Of a stretch of DNA of 64,000 nt, positions 13,113 to 26,700 are shown piece by piece. The notes under the pieces were generated by a model. That model was not told where the DNA came from. It did not search any database and was given only the letters and a program-made list of their open reading frames with translations. How positions within the stretch are numbered: the first letter of the stretch is position 1; every line of letters starts with the position of its first letter. The stretch comes from the human T2T-CHM13v2.0 reference genome, Homo sapiens: assembly GCF_009914755.1 (NCBI RefSeq), contig NC_060925.1, one strand, 5' to 3'. Both the position numbers and the translations under genes were made by a program.

Positions 13113-16100
13113 ACTGTGTTACTCCCCATCTCCGGCTTTGTTATGCCTGTACTTGGCTATGTTACTGCCCATATCTGGCTATGTTACTCCCCCCATCTCT
13201 GGCTATGTTACTTCTCATATCTGGCTATGTTATTCCAACCATCTCTGGCTATGTTACTGCCCCATATCTAGCTATGTTACTCCCCATATCTGGATATGTT
13301 AACTCCCCCATATGTGGCTATGTCACTCCCCATATCTGGCTGTGTTACTCCTCCCATATTTGGCTAAGTTACTTGCCACCAATGGCTATGTTACTCCCCT
13401 GATATCTGGCTATGTTACTTCCCCATATGTGGTTATGTTACTCTCTCCATATCTGGCTATGTTACTCCCCATCTCTGACTATGTTACTACCTCTATATTT
13501 GGCTGTTACTCCCGTCATATCTGAGTATGTTACTCATCATCTCTGGCTGTTACTCTCACATATGTGTCAGGGTTTCCCCATATCTGGTTATGTTACTTCC
13601 CACATATCTGGCTAAGTTACTATTCCATATGTGGCCATGTTACTCTCCCCATCTATGGCTATGTTACTCCCCTCATATATGGCTATGTTACTTCCATCAT
13701 AGATGGCTATGTTATTCCCTAATATGAGGCTATGTCACTCTCCCCATATCTGGCAAGTTACTCTCCATCTCTGGTTATGTTACTCCCCCATATGTGGCTA
13801 TGTTAGTCTCATCATATCCAGCTATGTTACTCCCCATATGTGGCTATGCTACTCTCCCCATAACTCGCTATGTTACTCCCCTTCTATCTAGCTATGTTAG
13901 TCTCACCATATCCGGCTATGTTACTCCCCATATGTGGCTATGTTACTCTCCCCATAACTGGCTATGTTACTCCCCTCCTATCTGGCTATGTTACTTCCCT
14001 AATATGTGGCTATGTTGCTCCCCAGGTAAGGCTATAACACTCTCCACATATCTGGCTAAGTTACTCAGCGTCTCTGGCTATGTTACTCCCCCATATGTGG
14101 CTGTGTTACTCTCCCCAACTTTGGCTATGTTACTCCCCTCATATGTGGCTATGTTACTCTCCCCATATATGGCTATGTTACTCTCCCCATAACTGGCTAT
14201 GTTACTCCACCATTTGTGGCTATGTTACTCTCTCTGTATCTGGCTATGTCACTCCCCTCATATCTGGCTATGTTGCTCCCTACATAGATGGCTATGTTAC
14301 TCTCCTCATGTCTGCCTATGTTACTCCCCTTATATATGGCTATGTTACTCTCCCCATATCTGGCTATGTTACTCCACCATTTGTGGCAATATTACTCTCC
14401 CCGTATCTGGCTATGTTACTCCCCCATATCTGGCTATGTTGTTCCCTTCATAGATGGCTATGTTACTCTCCCTATATGTGGCTATGTTACTCTCCCCATA
14501 TCTGGCTATGTTACTCCCCATATGAAGCTATGTCACTTTCCCCATATTTCTAAGTTAATCCCCATCTCTGGCTATGTTACTCTCCCAAATGTGGCTATGT
14601 TTGTCTCACCGTATCTGGCTATGTTACTCCTTCATATGTGGCTATGTTACTCTCTCCATAACTGGCTATGTTACTCCCTCATATGTGGCTATGTTACTCC
14701 CCCATATGAGGCTATGACAATCTCCACATCTCTGGCTATGTTACTCCCCCATATGTACCTATGTTAGTCTCCCCATATGTGGCTAGGTTACTCACCCATA
14801 TGAGGCTATGTCGCTGTCACCATATCTGGCTAAGTTACTCCACATCTCTGGCTATGTTACTTCCCCATATGTGGCTAGATTACTCCCCTCATGCCCGGCT
14901 ATGTTACTCTCCCATATGTGGCTATGTTACTTTTCCCATCCCTGTCTATGTTACTCCCTTCATATATGGCAATGGTAATTCCACACATGTGGCTATGTTT
15001 TTCAATCCATATATGACTATGTTACTCCCCTCATATATGGCTATGTTACTCTCCCATATGTGGCTATGTTACTCTCCCCATCTCTGGCTATGTTACTCTC
15101 CCCATCTCTGGCTGTGTTACTCTCCTAATATCTAGCTATGTTACTTCCCCACATGTCGCCATGTTACTCCCCCATATCTGGCTATGTTACTCCTCCCATA
15201 TCTGCCTATGTTACTCCCCCATATCTGGCTATGTTACTTTCCATCTCTGGTTATGTTACTCCCTCTATATTTGGCTATGTTATGCCCCCAATTCTGACTA
15301 TGTTACTCCCCCCGTATCTGGCTATGTTACTCACCCATATCTGGCTATGTTTCTCCACCTATATCTGGCTATGTTATTCCCTATCTCTAGCTATGGTACT
15401 CCCCTCATATCTGCATGTAACTCCCCCATATGGCTCTGTTACTCTCCCCATATCTGGCTATGTTACTTACCAATCTCTGGATATGTTACTCCCTCTATAC
15501 TTGGGTCTTTTACTCCCCTCATATCTGGCCATGTTACTCTCCATCTCTAGATATGTTACTTCCCCTATATCTGGCTATGTTATTCCCCCATATGTTATTA
15601 TGTTACTCTCCCCATATCTGACTATGTTATTCCCCCCATATCTATGTTACTTCCCACCTCTGGCTATGTTATTCCCCCTAATGTGGCTATGTTAGTATCC
15701 CCATATCTGGCTATGTTATTCTCCCATATGTGGCTTTGTTACTCTCCCATAGGTGGCTGTGTTACTGTCCCCATGTCAGACTATGTTACCCCCCAATATG
15801 TGGCTATGTTAGTCTCCCAATATCTGGCTATGTTATTCCCCCATATATGGCTATGTTACTTTTCCATATGAGGCTTTGTTACTCCCCCATAGATGACTGT
15901 GTTACTCTTCCCAGGTCTGGCTATGTTACTCCCCCATATGTGGCTATGTTAATATCCCGATATCTGCCTATGTTATTACTCCATATATGGCTATGTTACT
16001 ACACCATAGGAGGCTATGTTACTCTCCCCATAACTGGCTATGTTACTTCCCTCATATATGGCTATGTTAATCCCCCATATGAGGCTATGTTACTTGCCCC

Positions 16101-19100
16101 ATATCTGGCTATATTACTGTCCTCATATGTGCCTATGTTACTCCCCCATATGAGGCTATGCCACTCTCTCCATATCTGGCTAAGTACTCCCCATCTCTGG
16201 CTATGTTACTCCCTCATATGTGGCTGTGTTAGTCTCCCAATATCTGGCTATGTTACTCCCCATTATCTGCCTATGTTAGTCTCCATCTCTGTTTATGTTA
16301 CCCCCTCTGTATTTGGCTGTTATTCCCCCATATGTGACTATGTTACTCTCCCCATATATGGCTATGTTGCTCCCTTCATATATGGCTATGTTACTCCCCC
16401 ATATGTGGCTATGTTACTCTACCCATCTTTGCCTATGTTACTCCCATCATGTCTAGCTATGGTACTTCCCCATATGGCACTCTGCCCATATCTGGCAATG
16501 TTACTCCTCTCATATCTGGCTATGTTACTCATCATCTTTGGTTATGTCACTCCCTGTATATTTGGCTATGTTATTCCCCCCATATCTGGCTATGTGACTC
16601 CCCTATATCTGGCTGTGTTACTCCCCCATTTCTGACTATGTTTTTGTACCTTTGGCTATGTTATTCCCCATCTCTAGCTATCTTACTCCCTTCATATCTG
16701 GCTATGTAACTCCCCCATATGTGGCTATATTATTCTCCCCATATCTGGATATGTTACTTACCAATCTCTGGCCATGTTACTCCCTCTATAATTGGTTCTA
16801 TTATTCTCCTCCTATCTGGCTAGGTTACTGCTCTCCATATGGCTATGTTACTCCCACATATGATGTTGTGTTACTCTCCCCATATCTGGCTATGTTATTC
16901 CCTTCATATCTGGCTATGTTACTCTCCTATAAGAGCCTATTTTGCTCTCCCCATCTCTGGCTATGTTATTCTCTTCATATCTGGTTATGTTACTTTCCTA
17001 TACGAGCCTATGTTGCTCTCCCCATCTCTGGCTATGTTATTCCCTTCATATCTGACTATGTTACTCCCCCAATATGTGGCCCTGTTACTCTCCCTGTGTT
17101 TGGCTGTTAAACCCCTCATTTCTGGCTATGATAGTTCCCCATATGTGGCTATGTTACACTCCCCATATCTGGCTATGTTACTCCCCTCATATCTAGCTAT
17201 GTTACTCCCCCACATGTGGCTATGTTATTCCCCTCTTATCTGGCTATGCTACGCTCCCACATGAAGCGACTGCACTCTCCACATATCTGGCAAAGTTACT
17301 CACCATCTCTATGTTATTGTCCCACATGTGGCTATGTTAGTATCCCCATATCTGGCTATGTTACTAGCCCATATGTGGCTATGTTACTTCACCTATATCT
17401 GGCTATGTTACTCCCCCCATATCTATGTTCTCCACCTATATCTGGTTATGTTATTCCCCATCTCTAGCTGTGTTACTCCCCTCATATCCAGCTATGTAAT
17501 TCCCCCATATATAGCTATGTTACCCTCCCTCTCTCTGGCTATGTTACTCCCAATCTCTGGCTATGTTACTTCCTCTATACTTGGCTATGTTACTCCTTTC
17601 TTATCTGGCTATGTTACTCTCCATTTCTAGCTATGTTACTCCCAATCTCTGGCTATGTTACTTCCTCTATACTTGGCTATGTTACTCCTTTCTTATCTGG
17701 CTATGTTACTCTCCATTTCTGGCTATGTTACTCCCCCATATGTGGTTATGTTACTCTCCCCATAGCTGTCTATGTTACCCACCCATATGTGACTGTGTTA
17801 CCCTCCCCATATCTGGCTATTTTATTCCCCTCATATCTGTGTATGTTACTCCCCTCATATATGGCTATGTTACTCCCCCATATGAGGCTATGTCACTCTT
17901 ACCATGTCTGGCTGAGTTACTTCCCATCTCTGGCTATGTTACTCCCCCATATGTGACTATGTTAGTCTCCCCATATCTGGCTATGTAACTCCCCTCATGT
18001 ATGGCTATGTTACTCCTTCATACGTGGCTCTGTTACTCCTTCATATGAGGCTATGTTACTCTCCCCATTTCTGGCTATGTTACTCCCCTCATATCTAGCT
18101 ATTTTACTCCCCAATATGTGGCTGTGCTACTCTCCCCATCTCTGGCTGTTTTACTCCCAATCTCTGGCTATGTTACTCCCTCTGTATGTAGCTATGTTAC
18201 TCCCCTCTTATCTGGCTATGTTACTCTCCATCCCTAGCATGTTGGTTTACCTATATCTGGCTATGTTACTCCCCCATATGTGGCTATATTACTCTCCCCA
18301 TATCTGGCTATGTTACTCCCCTCATATCCAGCTATGTTACTTTTTCATACATGCCTATGTTACACTCCCCATATCTGGTGCTTTTACTCCCCTCGTATAT
18401 GGCTATGCTACTTTCCCATATGTGGCTGTTACTCTTCCCATATCTGGCAAGGTTACTCCCCTCTTACATAGCTATGTTACTCCCCCATATATGGCTATGT
18501 TAGTCTTCTCATATCTCGCTGTGTTACTCCCTTTCTCTGGCTATGTTACTTTTCCTATGTCTGGCTACATTACTCCCCCTAAATCTGGCTACTATAGCTA
18601 TGTTACTCCTCCCATATATGGTTATGTTACTCTCCCGGTATCTGGCCATGTAACTTATCCAAATGTGGCTATGTTACTCCTCCATATGTGGCTATGTTAC
18701 TCTCCCCATATCTGGCTGTGTTACTCCCCATCTCTGGCTATGCTACTTTTCCATATGTGGCTATGATACTCTCCCTACATCTGGCTATGTTACGCTTCAT
18801 CTCTGCTTATTTTACTTCCTCTGTATTTGGCTATGTTACTCCCATCATATATGGCTATGTTGCTTTCCTCATTACTGGCTATGTTTCTCCCCCATCTCTG
18901 GCTCTGTTAATTTCCATATATTTGGCTATGTCAGTCTCCCATATGTGGTTATGTGACTCCCTCTATATCTGGCTATGTTACTCTCTGTATATTTGGCTAT
19001 GTTTCTCCCCTCATATCTGGCTATCTTACTTCCCTTCTCTGGCTATGTTACTTTCCTATATGTGGCTATATTACACTCTCCATATCTTGCTACATTACTC

Positions 19101-19940
19101 TCAATCTCTCGCTATGTTACTCCCTTGATATTTGGCTATGTTACTCCCCATCTCTGGCTATGTTACTTTCCTTATATCTGACTGCGTTACTCCCCTCATA
19201 TCTGGCTATGTTTCTTCCCGTCTCTGGCTATGTTATTCCCCATCACTGACTATTTTACTTTCTCTGTGTCTGGCTATGTTACTTGCCCATAAGTGATTAT
19301 GTTCCTACCCCCATATCTGGCTATGTTACTCCCCATCTCTGGCTATGTTAATCTCTGTCATTGGCTATGTTACTTTCTGTGTATCTGACTATGTTATTCC
19401 CCCTATATCTGGCTATGTTAACCCCAGTCTATAGCTATGTTACTTTCCCTATACCTGGCTTTGTTACTCCCCCATATGTGATTATGTTACTCTCCCCCTA
19501 TCTCGCTATGTTACTCCCCCATACATGGCTATGTTCCTTTCCCCATATCTGGCTATGTTACCCCCTGTCTCTGGTTGTTATTCCCAATATATTTGGCTGT
19601 GTTACTCCCCTCATATATGGCTATGTTACTTTCCTCATATCTGGCTATGTTATTTCCTATCTTTGGCTATGTTAGTTTCCTTATACCTGGCTATGTTACT
19701 CCCCCATATGTAGTTATGTGACTCCTGCCATATCTGGCTTTGTTATTCCCCATCTCTGGCTATGCTACTCTCTATATTTGGCTATGTTACTCTTCATCTC
19801 TGGCTATGTTACTCCCCCATACCTGGCTATGTTACTCTCCCATATCTGGCTATGTTACTCTCCCCATATCTGGCTATGTTACTCTCCCCATATCTGGCTA
19901 TGTTACTCCCTGTCTCTGGCTATGTTACTCCCCATATCTC
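13113..19940. repeat. Large degenerate tandem array, 22-24 bp unit TGGCTATGTTACTCCCCCATATC, about 295 copies
   Basis: Continuous repetition of the GGCTATGTTAC core for ~6.8 kb with no interrupting transposon; copy number estimated as length/23. Confidence 0.97.
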
Positions 19941-20644
19941 ACTATCGCAGTGCTTCTAATATTTTAGATTCTAGAAGAGTAAGATTTCACGTGATAATTC
20001 TGGCAACTAACATTGGATTGCCCAATTTCTTTATCCTAAAATCACATGGAAGAATAAAAATCATCTACTATCATTGGTTCATAAATGGAAGGACATTTTA
20101 ACATGATAGGTATTTACAAAAAGCAATTCTTTAACTTGAATACATTTAAATGTATGAGAAACACACACTGTTATCCATACCATCATTGTGCAATGGAGCA
20201 GTTGGAAACTTTGTGACAGCTGGGTCTTCACCTATAAATGGGCATTTGGCCCTACTGGCTCTGTTGGCTTAAGTCTGACATACCTGTTTCTTTACCTTCT
20301 TTACCCTACTATTTGCTATCCCAGCCAGCTGCCAAAGAAAGTGTGCAGAAATTCTAGAACTCTTCTCTATCCAGTTCCCTCTACAAATCAGATTTAGATC
20401 AATGGAGACTACAGTCAAGGAGTATCATTGTATATGTTGGTTAGCAAGAAAATCAAGGATTATCACAAAAGAATAACTTTCTAATTTTTTATATACGAAA
20501 AAATTATCTTTCCATTACTATGTTAAAAATATAACATTCTTAAGTTTTAAAGATTTATTAACAAAAGGAGAGAAAAACTAAACATATAGCATCAAGAATT
20601 AAAATAGAGATAAAGAGAAGTTTAAGAAGAAATAAGATAATATA

Positions 20645-21391
<747 letters not shown>

Positions 21392-21864
21392 TATTGTGAT
21401 GAAGATAAAAGGTGGAGATAACAACATAGATTCTGTTCATCTCAGAATCAAACAGCTCTGTTCTGACTAGGTTTCCTGGTCTGGAACTACACTTCTCATC
21501 TCGCTGGGAGAGATGAGATTAAAAAGCAAAACTATTAACTTCCTGAATACCCTAGGCTAGAAGTCTTACTGTTCTTACATATGTTTCTGACAATTGTCAT
21601 TAAGCCAGTGGGTGGCTTCAAAAACAACCCTCAATCTTAAAGCTATCTTCCCCAAAAAGCTTTCCTCTCCCCTTCTTTTTTTCTGTATAAGCTCTAGTAA
21701 CTTTTCGTGTTCTGCCATCAAGCTGATGAGGTATTTCCAGAGGAAAAAAATTAAAACACTTGCAATACTCTTCGAGAGAGGTACCTTGCTTTAATCCACT
21801 ATCTCCTAAGGTGAGGTCTCCTCCTCAGCTCATATAGCTTCTTATATCTTTTTACCTCTCATAT

Positions 21865-22342
21865 TGAAACTGACCCAATAGTCCCATAGATGTTGTTTTT
21901 TTTTTTTGATAGACATAGAAATCCACCCTTCTGTTCTTAAAGCTTGAAACTTAATGTTTGATTTATCTGAGTTCCTTCCTCAGGAAATGGTCTTCAGTCC
22001 TCTCAAAAAAAAAAAAAAAAAAGAGAAAGAAAAAAAGTATCAAAGAATTGAAACTCACCACATCACCACATCCAGACAATGAGATGCCAGACCCCAGACT
22101 CATCATGACTGCTTCCTTGCCCCTCCCTAGTTCTTGTTTTCTTACACATTGATACATTCTTCTCTGCTATATAAATCACTCGGTTTAGCTGCTCAGGGAG
22201 ATGGATTTGAGACTGAGCTCTCATCTCTTGCCTGCAGCACCCAATTAAAGCCTTCTTCCTTGGCAAAATCATTGTCTCAGTCATAGGCTTTCTGTGCAGC
22301 AAGCAGCAGGACCCAGACCAAACCCCTGCTGTTTCTGTAGCA
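21865..22342 (+). mobile_element. ERV1 solo LTR (LTR26-like)
   Basis: TG...CA ends with TSD ATAT (21861-21864, 22343-22346), TATATAAA and ATTAAA signals; family name from memory. Confidence 0.75.
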
Positions 22343-24306
22343 ATATTCCTTCAAAAATTCTTAAGTGACCCTGAAATCAACAAGTGGGGACCTCTGTTGT
22401 GAGTCAAATATCAAGGCAGATGAGTGACTTTAGATTCGAGAAAAAGGAATTTAGGATAAGGATTTGGTTTATTTGAAAATTTGCCTGTTTGCTTCTGTCA
22501 TTGCCTTTAAAGACAATGCTTGGAGAACTTTAAAAATAAAAGACTAGAAAAGATTTGGGATTACCTCTTTTTATTATGTTGGAAACACCGAAGTTCAGAG
22601 AGGCCATGTGATCAATAGCATGCCTTTCCTCCTCAATCTCTATTTTTCTGTTTCAGGAAGTTGAAACATAGAAAGTTCAAGAACAAAAAAGAATCACTGA
22701 CTTCAAAATGCTTTACATTGTTACATAATCTTAAAATGTGATTACACTGTCATTTAATCTGCCTACCTGCTCCATAACTGTAAATATCTAGTTACCTTAT
22801 CCAAGAAGGCAAAGATACATTTATAACCCAAGGCTTCTCCCTTCTCATTTTAGGTAATGAGGTATTTAACAATTTACCAGACTGCTCCTTGTTAAAACTG
22901 ATTCTTAAATGTTGTTGCCAATTTGCCAAATAGCATTATTGTCTGTTTTTGCAACAATGTCAACCAAAATCAGGAGAAAAGCACCCTTGTTAAGAGCTTG
23001 GCTTACAGTCATTGATCTTGGTTAAAGTTTCGAAAAAGTAATCTGGGGACAATGGCCAATTTGAAACTGGAATGGAATAAGACTGAGTGTGTTTGAGGTC
23101 CCTGTTTGGTGGTTTCATCTGGTTTAATTTTTAGGTTTATTTTTGCTTTTTAAGTCTTCAAACAAAGCAATTGAACTTTGGGGCTTATTCTGGCAAGATC
23201 TGTGTTTGCAGTTCCCTGTTAAATTTCTGTTTTATTGATTGTGGGTTTTACAGCTTTCCCTCCACCCTTTTTATAGCACCTTGGGTAGTTCTAAGCACTG
23301 GGACTGGGTTATTAGGATTGGAGCTTTTCTTAGGCACCAACGAGGCATGAAGTGTGAGCATTTTCTTCCATAGTGGGATATTCAGACCTGCTAGTACAGT
23401 TACATAACTGGGAACACATTGATACAGTTAAGGTTAATGACCTAATAACAACAGAAGGCACTTTTACAGACAAATGGTTTGTTGTAATTGTTGCAGCAAT
23501 AACATACTGCACATGGGTGTTCAATCTGCCTTAGCACCACCCAGCTTGAGCACCATCCAATAGGCTGACTGGGGGAAGAAACACTTTGCTTTCAAATAGC
23601 TTAAACAACATCACTAGTGAATTCCTGAGTGCCGGAACACCTGTCGTAAAGCCTGCTGAGGCAGAAAATACCAAGTCCACAGTATTTCCCACTTCTCCAA
23701 GACTGGGGATATCAGTTTGCCTCAGATTTTATCCTGTGTGCAATTTGCACTGTGGGAGTTAAGTTGACCTTTGCAGAAGCAGCACCTACTCTTTTAGGTC
23801 ACTTAATGAGCACCAATTAACGAATGACTTTACTTTGAACCTCTAGGAAATTAACTAATGGAAACAGGACATTGTGACCTCAGCCATTGTGCTTCATTTG
23901 CTACCCAAGTAACACGTTAACTTAAGGGCCCTATGAATACCCGGGAGAGCTGCCTTCTGTAGTCACGGGGAGCACTCTTCTAAATCTCAAGGTGAAATTG
24001 ATCTTTCCATAAAAATGTTTCTGTTAACTAAAACGGAATGAGAAGGGTTTTCCCGAGAATGCAGTACCTCTTTTGGAAAACTATCAGGCTGTCAGGATGC
24101 CCTTAAGTACTCTTAAGTAACTCACTTACTGGCACCCTGAGGCCTGGAAGAGTTAACATCCCTTTTGCACTGAGCTAGAGCCACGTCTGTGACATTGGTA
24201 AAAGGAATTTTTTACTATCCCACTTCCTAGATGGGGAAACTACATTCTGAACATAGGAAATGGTGAAATTCACACCAAAAATTACGTTATAATAAAAACT
24301 AATCTA

Positions 24307-24440
24307 GGCGGGGCCCAATGGCTCACGCTTGTAATCCCAGTACTTTGGGAGACTGAGGCAGGAGGATCACTTGAGACCAGGAGTTTGAGACCAGCCTAGG
24401 CAATATAGCGAGATCCTATCTCTACAAAAAAAAAAAAAAA
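24307..24440 (+). mobile_element. FLAM_C-like Alu monomer
   Basis: Left-arm monomer ending ATCTCTACAAAAAA. Confidence 0.85.
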
Positions 24441-26336
24441 TGAATGGAAAAGGAATCTTGTTCTCATGAAGCACGGTTTTGGAAAACAAGAAGTGAGGAC
24501 TGATGGGGTCAGAGGAGTGTCTAACGTGGAAGGGCGGGTATCGGCTCCAGCCATCCCCTTAAAATTCCTTTTTAAATTATCGTTTTCCCCCTCTCCCTTT
24601 CTCTTTGTAAGGTTTTATTCTGTCTTCTTGCCCATGACAAGTTCTTTTCTACTTACTGCTTAATGTGAAGTGGTCTGAAGATGAGTCTGTGTTGGAGTAG
24701 ACGTGGAGAAAAACACTCCGTGTTTGGGAGGTTTAATCATTTACCCGATGTGCTACTGATATTTTAAAATGTCATGCTCTTCTGGTTACAGTTTCCAATC
24801 TGGGGCCTGCAATGCGGTGTGACCCAAATCAGCCGTCTCCAGTGTGGTGACACATCACCTCGACATGGGGCAGGAGGCAGGTGGCTATGTCTGGGCACCC
24901 AGCTGGGTGATTCCTCCAGACGTGCTCTCCCTGTCTTCCCCTCTGGCCCTCAGCAGGAAGCCAGGGTCTATTTGAGCTGTTGCTGCAGCAGCCATGTGCA
25001 TACTTTGCCCAAGAGAAAAAAAAAAATCCTTGCTCTTAAACTTAGATAAATTATTCTAACAAGAGAACACAAAACAGCTTCTTGGCAGGTGAGGACCCTG
25101 TTTGCGTGAGATCATGTATTTTTCCTTTTGCTTTTCTCCAACAGTTTACTTAAAGGGCACCCACAAATAGAATGTCACAGTCCTGGGAAATTGTTTCACC
25201 AGTATTTCACTGAGTACTTGGGAACTGAGAAAGTACAAATGAATCAAACACAGTCCAGACCACAGCGTCAATAAGCAAATTATTTAAAAGAGGAGTTACA
25301 AATGCTAATTCTAAAGTCAGATAGAAAGTTCAGACAGAGAGATCCTGGAGTTCAAGAGAAGGAGCAGTGACTTGTAACTTGGAGAGTTCAAGAAGAGGTG
25401 GGAAGAGGTGGCCACTTTGACGGTTCTGGAAGGCCAGTCCTATTTGTGTTTGTCAACTTGGGCAAGATGTCAGAGGGTCTGGGCAGAGGAGCAAGAAGAG
25501 AACAGAAAGGAAAGACCCAACATCTTATTGGGTCCAGAGGGTTTTCATTTCTTCTATCAGTAACACAGGTCCTAAATGGCAAAAAACAGTGACCACAGCT
25601 CATTTTCTGCAATATAGGCATCACTTTTGCTTTTTCCTGACACATGTAATGAAGTTTGAATCTATTTTTCCTTCCAAAAAGCTCTAAAAAGTTTTCATAC
25701 GTGTATTGTAAGGAGATTTAGTGAAATTAGTTTTTTTGAGACGGCTTGTTGCTTTGCTCAGCTCCCTGTACTGTTGTAAAGTGCCAACGCATAACCAGGC
25801 AGCAATAACAGTTACCAAGAGCATTCCCTCCACAGCAATGTGGCCAGATGGCACTGAGTGATCAGGCACAGCCCGAGGGGCAAGAGGGGCAAGGTTTTGG
25901 CATCTGCTTCTTTGTAAAGGTAGATCTGCCGGGAGCACTTGGTGCCGGCCTACAGGAAGTAAGAACTCTGCACCACCAACCCCAGGCACACCTCTGAGTC
26001 ATAAGTCTTGGAAGACTTCTGAAAGTCATAAGTCATTAGAATTATGCAACAGGCTTTGGGACAAATGAGACGTTGGAGAGAGCTATTCTAAAATCTGAAA
26101 GAAAAAAGCTAGTTTTAAGAAAAAAAATCACAAATGATAGTTACATCTTTGAATATTGTATTTTTAGGAAAATGCATACCCCATTTGAGAAGGTTAGCGA
26201 CCTTGGCCTAAAGCGTTGTTTATGTTAGACATGAGGAGTTGACTGAAATGTGCTCTCATAAGCATTTCTAGCACCATATTTACAACGTTGGCCCACAGCC
26301 AGAATAAGACGTGATCTTCCTATTGGACTGGGTTCA

Positions 26337-26700
<364 letters not shown>

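Noticed and set aside
13113-19940. Resemblance to a CRISPR array (constant core plus variable segment)
   Set aside because: The variable parts are ~10-nt mutated versions of one sequence, not unique 30-40 nt spacers. There are no cas genes and the context is primate.
13181-20101. Dozens of overlapping + strand ORFs up to 301 aa (WLCYSP / SGYVTP / YLAMLL repeats)
   Set aside because: The 23-bp consensus has no stop in any + frame (it cycles WLCYSPISGYVTPPYLAMLLPHI), while the - strand carries TAA and TAG in each unit. ORFs occur in all three frames and unit lengths of 22-24 do not preserve frame, so they are a by-product of the repeat.
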